Below the pieces are notes generated by a model. The model ran no database searches and was not told the origin of the DNA. It worked only from the letters and a program-made list of their open reading frames with translations. A program made the translations under genes and the position numbers. Below, piece by piece: positions 24,796 to 26,686 of a stretch of 26,686 nt of DNA; the first letter of the stretch is position 1, and every line of letters starts with the position of its first letter. This DNA is from a virus (lineage: Duplodnaviria; Caudoviricetes): the IMG/VR virus record IMGVR_UViG_3300042347_000468, positions 1-26,686 of that record. The stretch is one strand, 5' to 3'.

Positions 24796-25128
24796 TCAGG
24801 TGGCTGGGGCGCGGGTGCCGGAAACGGTGAAGGTGACGATGCCGTCGATGGGCTCTGCCTGGGCGACGCTCGTCACGATGTACGAGGCGTTTCCGGTCTC
24901 GGTGCCGCCGATGGTGATCGTGTCGCCGGCCACACAACCGGGGGTGTCGATGCACTCGATCTCAATGGTCTGCTCTGCCAGACCCTTGGAAAACCGACGA
25001 TGCGTCAGCCCGCCGAGCGTGGTGGTGTCGATTTCGCTGGCAGACGACGAGACGGTGCAACTGCGAGCCCCGGTGATGCCGGTGAGCGTCACGTCTTTGC
25101 CGAGGACGATGGTGAACGAGCCGGACAT
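24796..25128 (-). CDS. Tail tube-like protein, paralogue 1
   Basis: IVLGKD...ARSCT.....IDTT...IEIEC...PIDGIVTFTV; strong AGGAGG SD and its own late promoter. Confidence 0.75.
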   Translation of the reverse strand: MSGSFTIVLGKDVTLTGITGARSCTVSSSASEIDTTTLGGLTHRRFSKGLAEQTIEIECIDTPGCVAGDTITIGGTETGNASYIVTSVAQAEPIDGIVTFTVSGTRAPAT

Positions 25129-25176
25129 TTCTGCCCTCCTGTGTGTGCGTAGTCGCCTGCGTGCGGCGATACGCTC

Positions 25177-25210
25177 AAACTAGGAGCGGCAGAGCGGCGA
25201 CCGTAGGGGG
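25177..25210 (-). promoter_or_regulatory. Putative phage late promoter (copy 4)
   Basis: CCCCCT-N22-TAGTTT. Confidence 0.65.
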
Positions 25211-25211
25211 T

Positions 25212-26039
25212 CTACCCTGCCCGGCGCAGCATATTGCGGAACTTCACGTTCGCCTTGGCGACCGCCTTCTGTACCCCGGCGGCCCCCTGCATGAACGGGC
25301 GGGCCGGATAGCGGGCAGACTTGGTGATGGTCGTCCGCTCCCAGTTGCGGCTGAACCTAGGCCGCTTGTTGGCCCACATCAGAGCGCCGTATTCGTACTG
25401 GTTCTTTTGCGGCCCGAGGCTCACGCCCTTGGTAAACCGCCCCTTGGAATCACGCCCGGCCCCGCTGCTCCCGGCAGAGCGCCGCAGATAGGCGTTGCGT
25501 GCCGCCCCGACGCCGATTCGGTAGGCGGTCAACTGGAGCGTGCCGCCGAATTCGTGGAGCCGAGCCAGCCACGGCGTGCGCTGGGTGCCGATCACGACGG
25601 TCGGCATCCCGAACATTCCGCGATTCATCGAGTCCACGACGCTGTAGTAGAGCCACCGCTTCGGAGCCCACGACTTCGCGGGCTTCCCTGGCGGCCGAGG
25701 CTTGCCGCTCGAAAGCATCGTCAGGTCGCGGTAGAGCCCGCCGTGGAACTCAACGACGGCCCCGGATCCGACAGCCCTGTTTCCTGCCTTGGTCTGCTTT
25801 GGGGCCGCACTGCCGATGCCCTTCTTCGCCGCCTGCTTCACGGCGTACCCGGCGTTGTAGAGCGACCGATAAGTCATGTCGTCGACCATGCGACGAACCT
25901 TCACGCGGTCAAAGAAGTTGCCGCGAACCTTCACGCGGAAGGCGAGCTCTGACCGGCTGCCAGCCGACAACTCTCGGCGATTGCCGCCGATCATGCCGGG
26001 GCGGATAAACGCTCGGCTCGCCCTGATGATGCTCGCCAT
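25212..26039 (-). CDS. Tail completion / neck protein (HK97 gp10-like)
   Basis: Basic protein with LHEFGG and YPARPFM motifs, located next to the tail terminator. Confidence 0.7.
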   Translation of the reverse strand: MASIIRASRAFIRPGMIGGNRRELSAGSRSELAFRVKVRGNFFDRVKVRRMVDDMTYRSLYNAGYAVKQAAKKGIGSAAPKQTKAGNRAVGSGAVVEFHGGLYRDLTMLSSGKPRPPGKPAKSWAPKRWLYYSVVDSMNRGMFGMPTVVIGTQRTPWLARLHEFGGTLQLTAYRIGVGAARNAYLRRSAGSSGAGRDSKGRFTKGVSLGPQKNQYEYGALMWANKRPRFSRNWERTTITKSARYPARPFMQGAAGVQKAVAKANVKFRNMLRRAG

Positions 26040-26040
26040 T

Positions 26041-26469
26041 TCAGTCCGTAGAGAGCGTGCGGTAGGTCGCCACGATCACCGCCCGCCAGACGTTCCGCTC
26101 GGTGAGGGCGTCGTCTGGGTTGATCTCGATCGACACGTTTTGCGGCGTGGTCGATGTGTTCTCTAAGTCGGTCGAGCGGATATAGACCATGAGCTCGTCG
26201 GCCAGGTCGTGCATATCGTCGATCTCTTCGTCGCTCGAAACGTGGCGACCGACGTAGATCGTGATCGAATCGTCAGACTGCCAGTCCGCCCGGCCGATGC
26301 GGGTCACTTCCGAGCCGCCCGGCACGACGTAGACGACCGGGTTTTGCATCTGCTCTGGCTCGACCTGAACCCAGTTCTTTCGCTCGACGGTCGTCGAGGT
26401 AATCGACCAAGTCTCGGCTGCGAGGCTGACCGCTAGGGCGTCTGCTATTTCGCGAAGTTTGCTCGCCAT
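26041..26469 (-). CDS. Tail terminator-like protein (lambda gpU-like)
   Basis: Acidic 142-aa protein (P.VYVVPG...D....LADEL) upstream of the tail-tube genes. Confidence 0.6.
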   Translation of the reverse strand: MASKLREIADALAVSLAAETWSITSTTVERKNWVQVEPEQMQNPVVYVVPGGSEVTRIGRADWQSDDSITIYVGRHVSSDEEIDDMHDLADELMVYIRSTDLENTSTTPQNVSIEINPDDALTERNVWRAVIVATYRTLSTD

Positions 26470-26504
26470 TGGCCTGCTCGGGAGCCGGGTGTTGGTTCCC
26501 TAGC

Positions 26505-26538
26505 AGAATGGCACGGCAGGCGGGCGAGAGTGAGGGGG
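26505..26538 (-). promoter_or_regulatory. Putative phage late promoter (copy 5)
   Basis: CCCCCT-N22-CATTCT. Confidence 0.6.
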
Positions 26539-26567
26539 TGGCAGCCGTCTCTCGCCGCGATAGCGCA

Positions 26568-26684
26568 CTACTTGGTGCTGGCTTCGCCAGATTGGATTCT
26601 GCCTGCGGCTTCAGCCGCCAGCCTTTTAAGGCTTTCCCTGAACGCCTTCCTTTGGTCTGGGCTTTGGGGATGAGGCTGAAACTC
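26568..26684 (-). CDS. Possible C-terminal fragment of a gene truncated by the window edge
   Basis: An open frame ...EFQPHPQSPDQRKAFRESLKRLAAEAAGRIQSGEASTK* ends just before promoter copy 5; the frame choice is uncertain. Confidence 0.3.
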   Translation of the reverse strand, partial: EFQPHPQSPDQRKAFRESLKRLAAEAAGRIQSGEASTK

Positions 26685-26686
26685 CC

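Overview
This is a high-GC segment of a temperate tailed phage, siphovirus-like because no sheath gene lies between the tail terminator and tape measure. Almost every gene is on the minus strand. Read in transcription direction (right to left) the order is: tail completion/terminator; three tandem paralogous mini tail-tube genes; a tail chaperone with a start-less -1-frame extension; tape measure; tail-tip and fibre genes; a peptidase-phosphoesterase-HNH-DUF6378 module; and a membrane-protein cassette with a holin-like gene and a papain-family (C1) cysteine protease where an endolysin is expected. These are followed by a plus-strand integrase next to a tmRNA/tRNA-Ala 3'-end fragment (candidate attP), and a control region with four sigma70 promoters that share an operator-like motif. 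The early operon holds a RecT-like annealase, a second tyrosine recombinase (KxxR type), a ParB-like protein, an LmbU-like/DNA-methyltransferase fusion and a replication initiator with internal iterons. A bipartite motif, CCCCT-N22-YAnnYT, precedes five late transcription units with exact spacing. Sequence style suggests a Planctomycetota host (inference only). All product calls come from motif recognition; no database searches were run.
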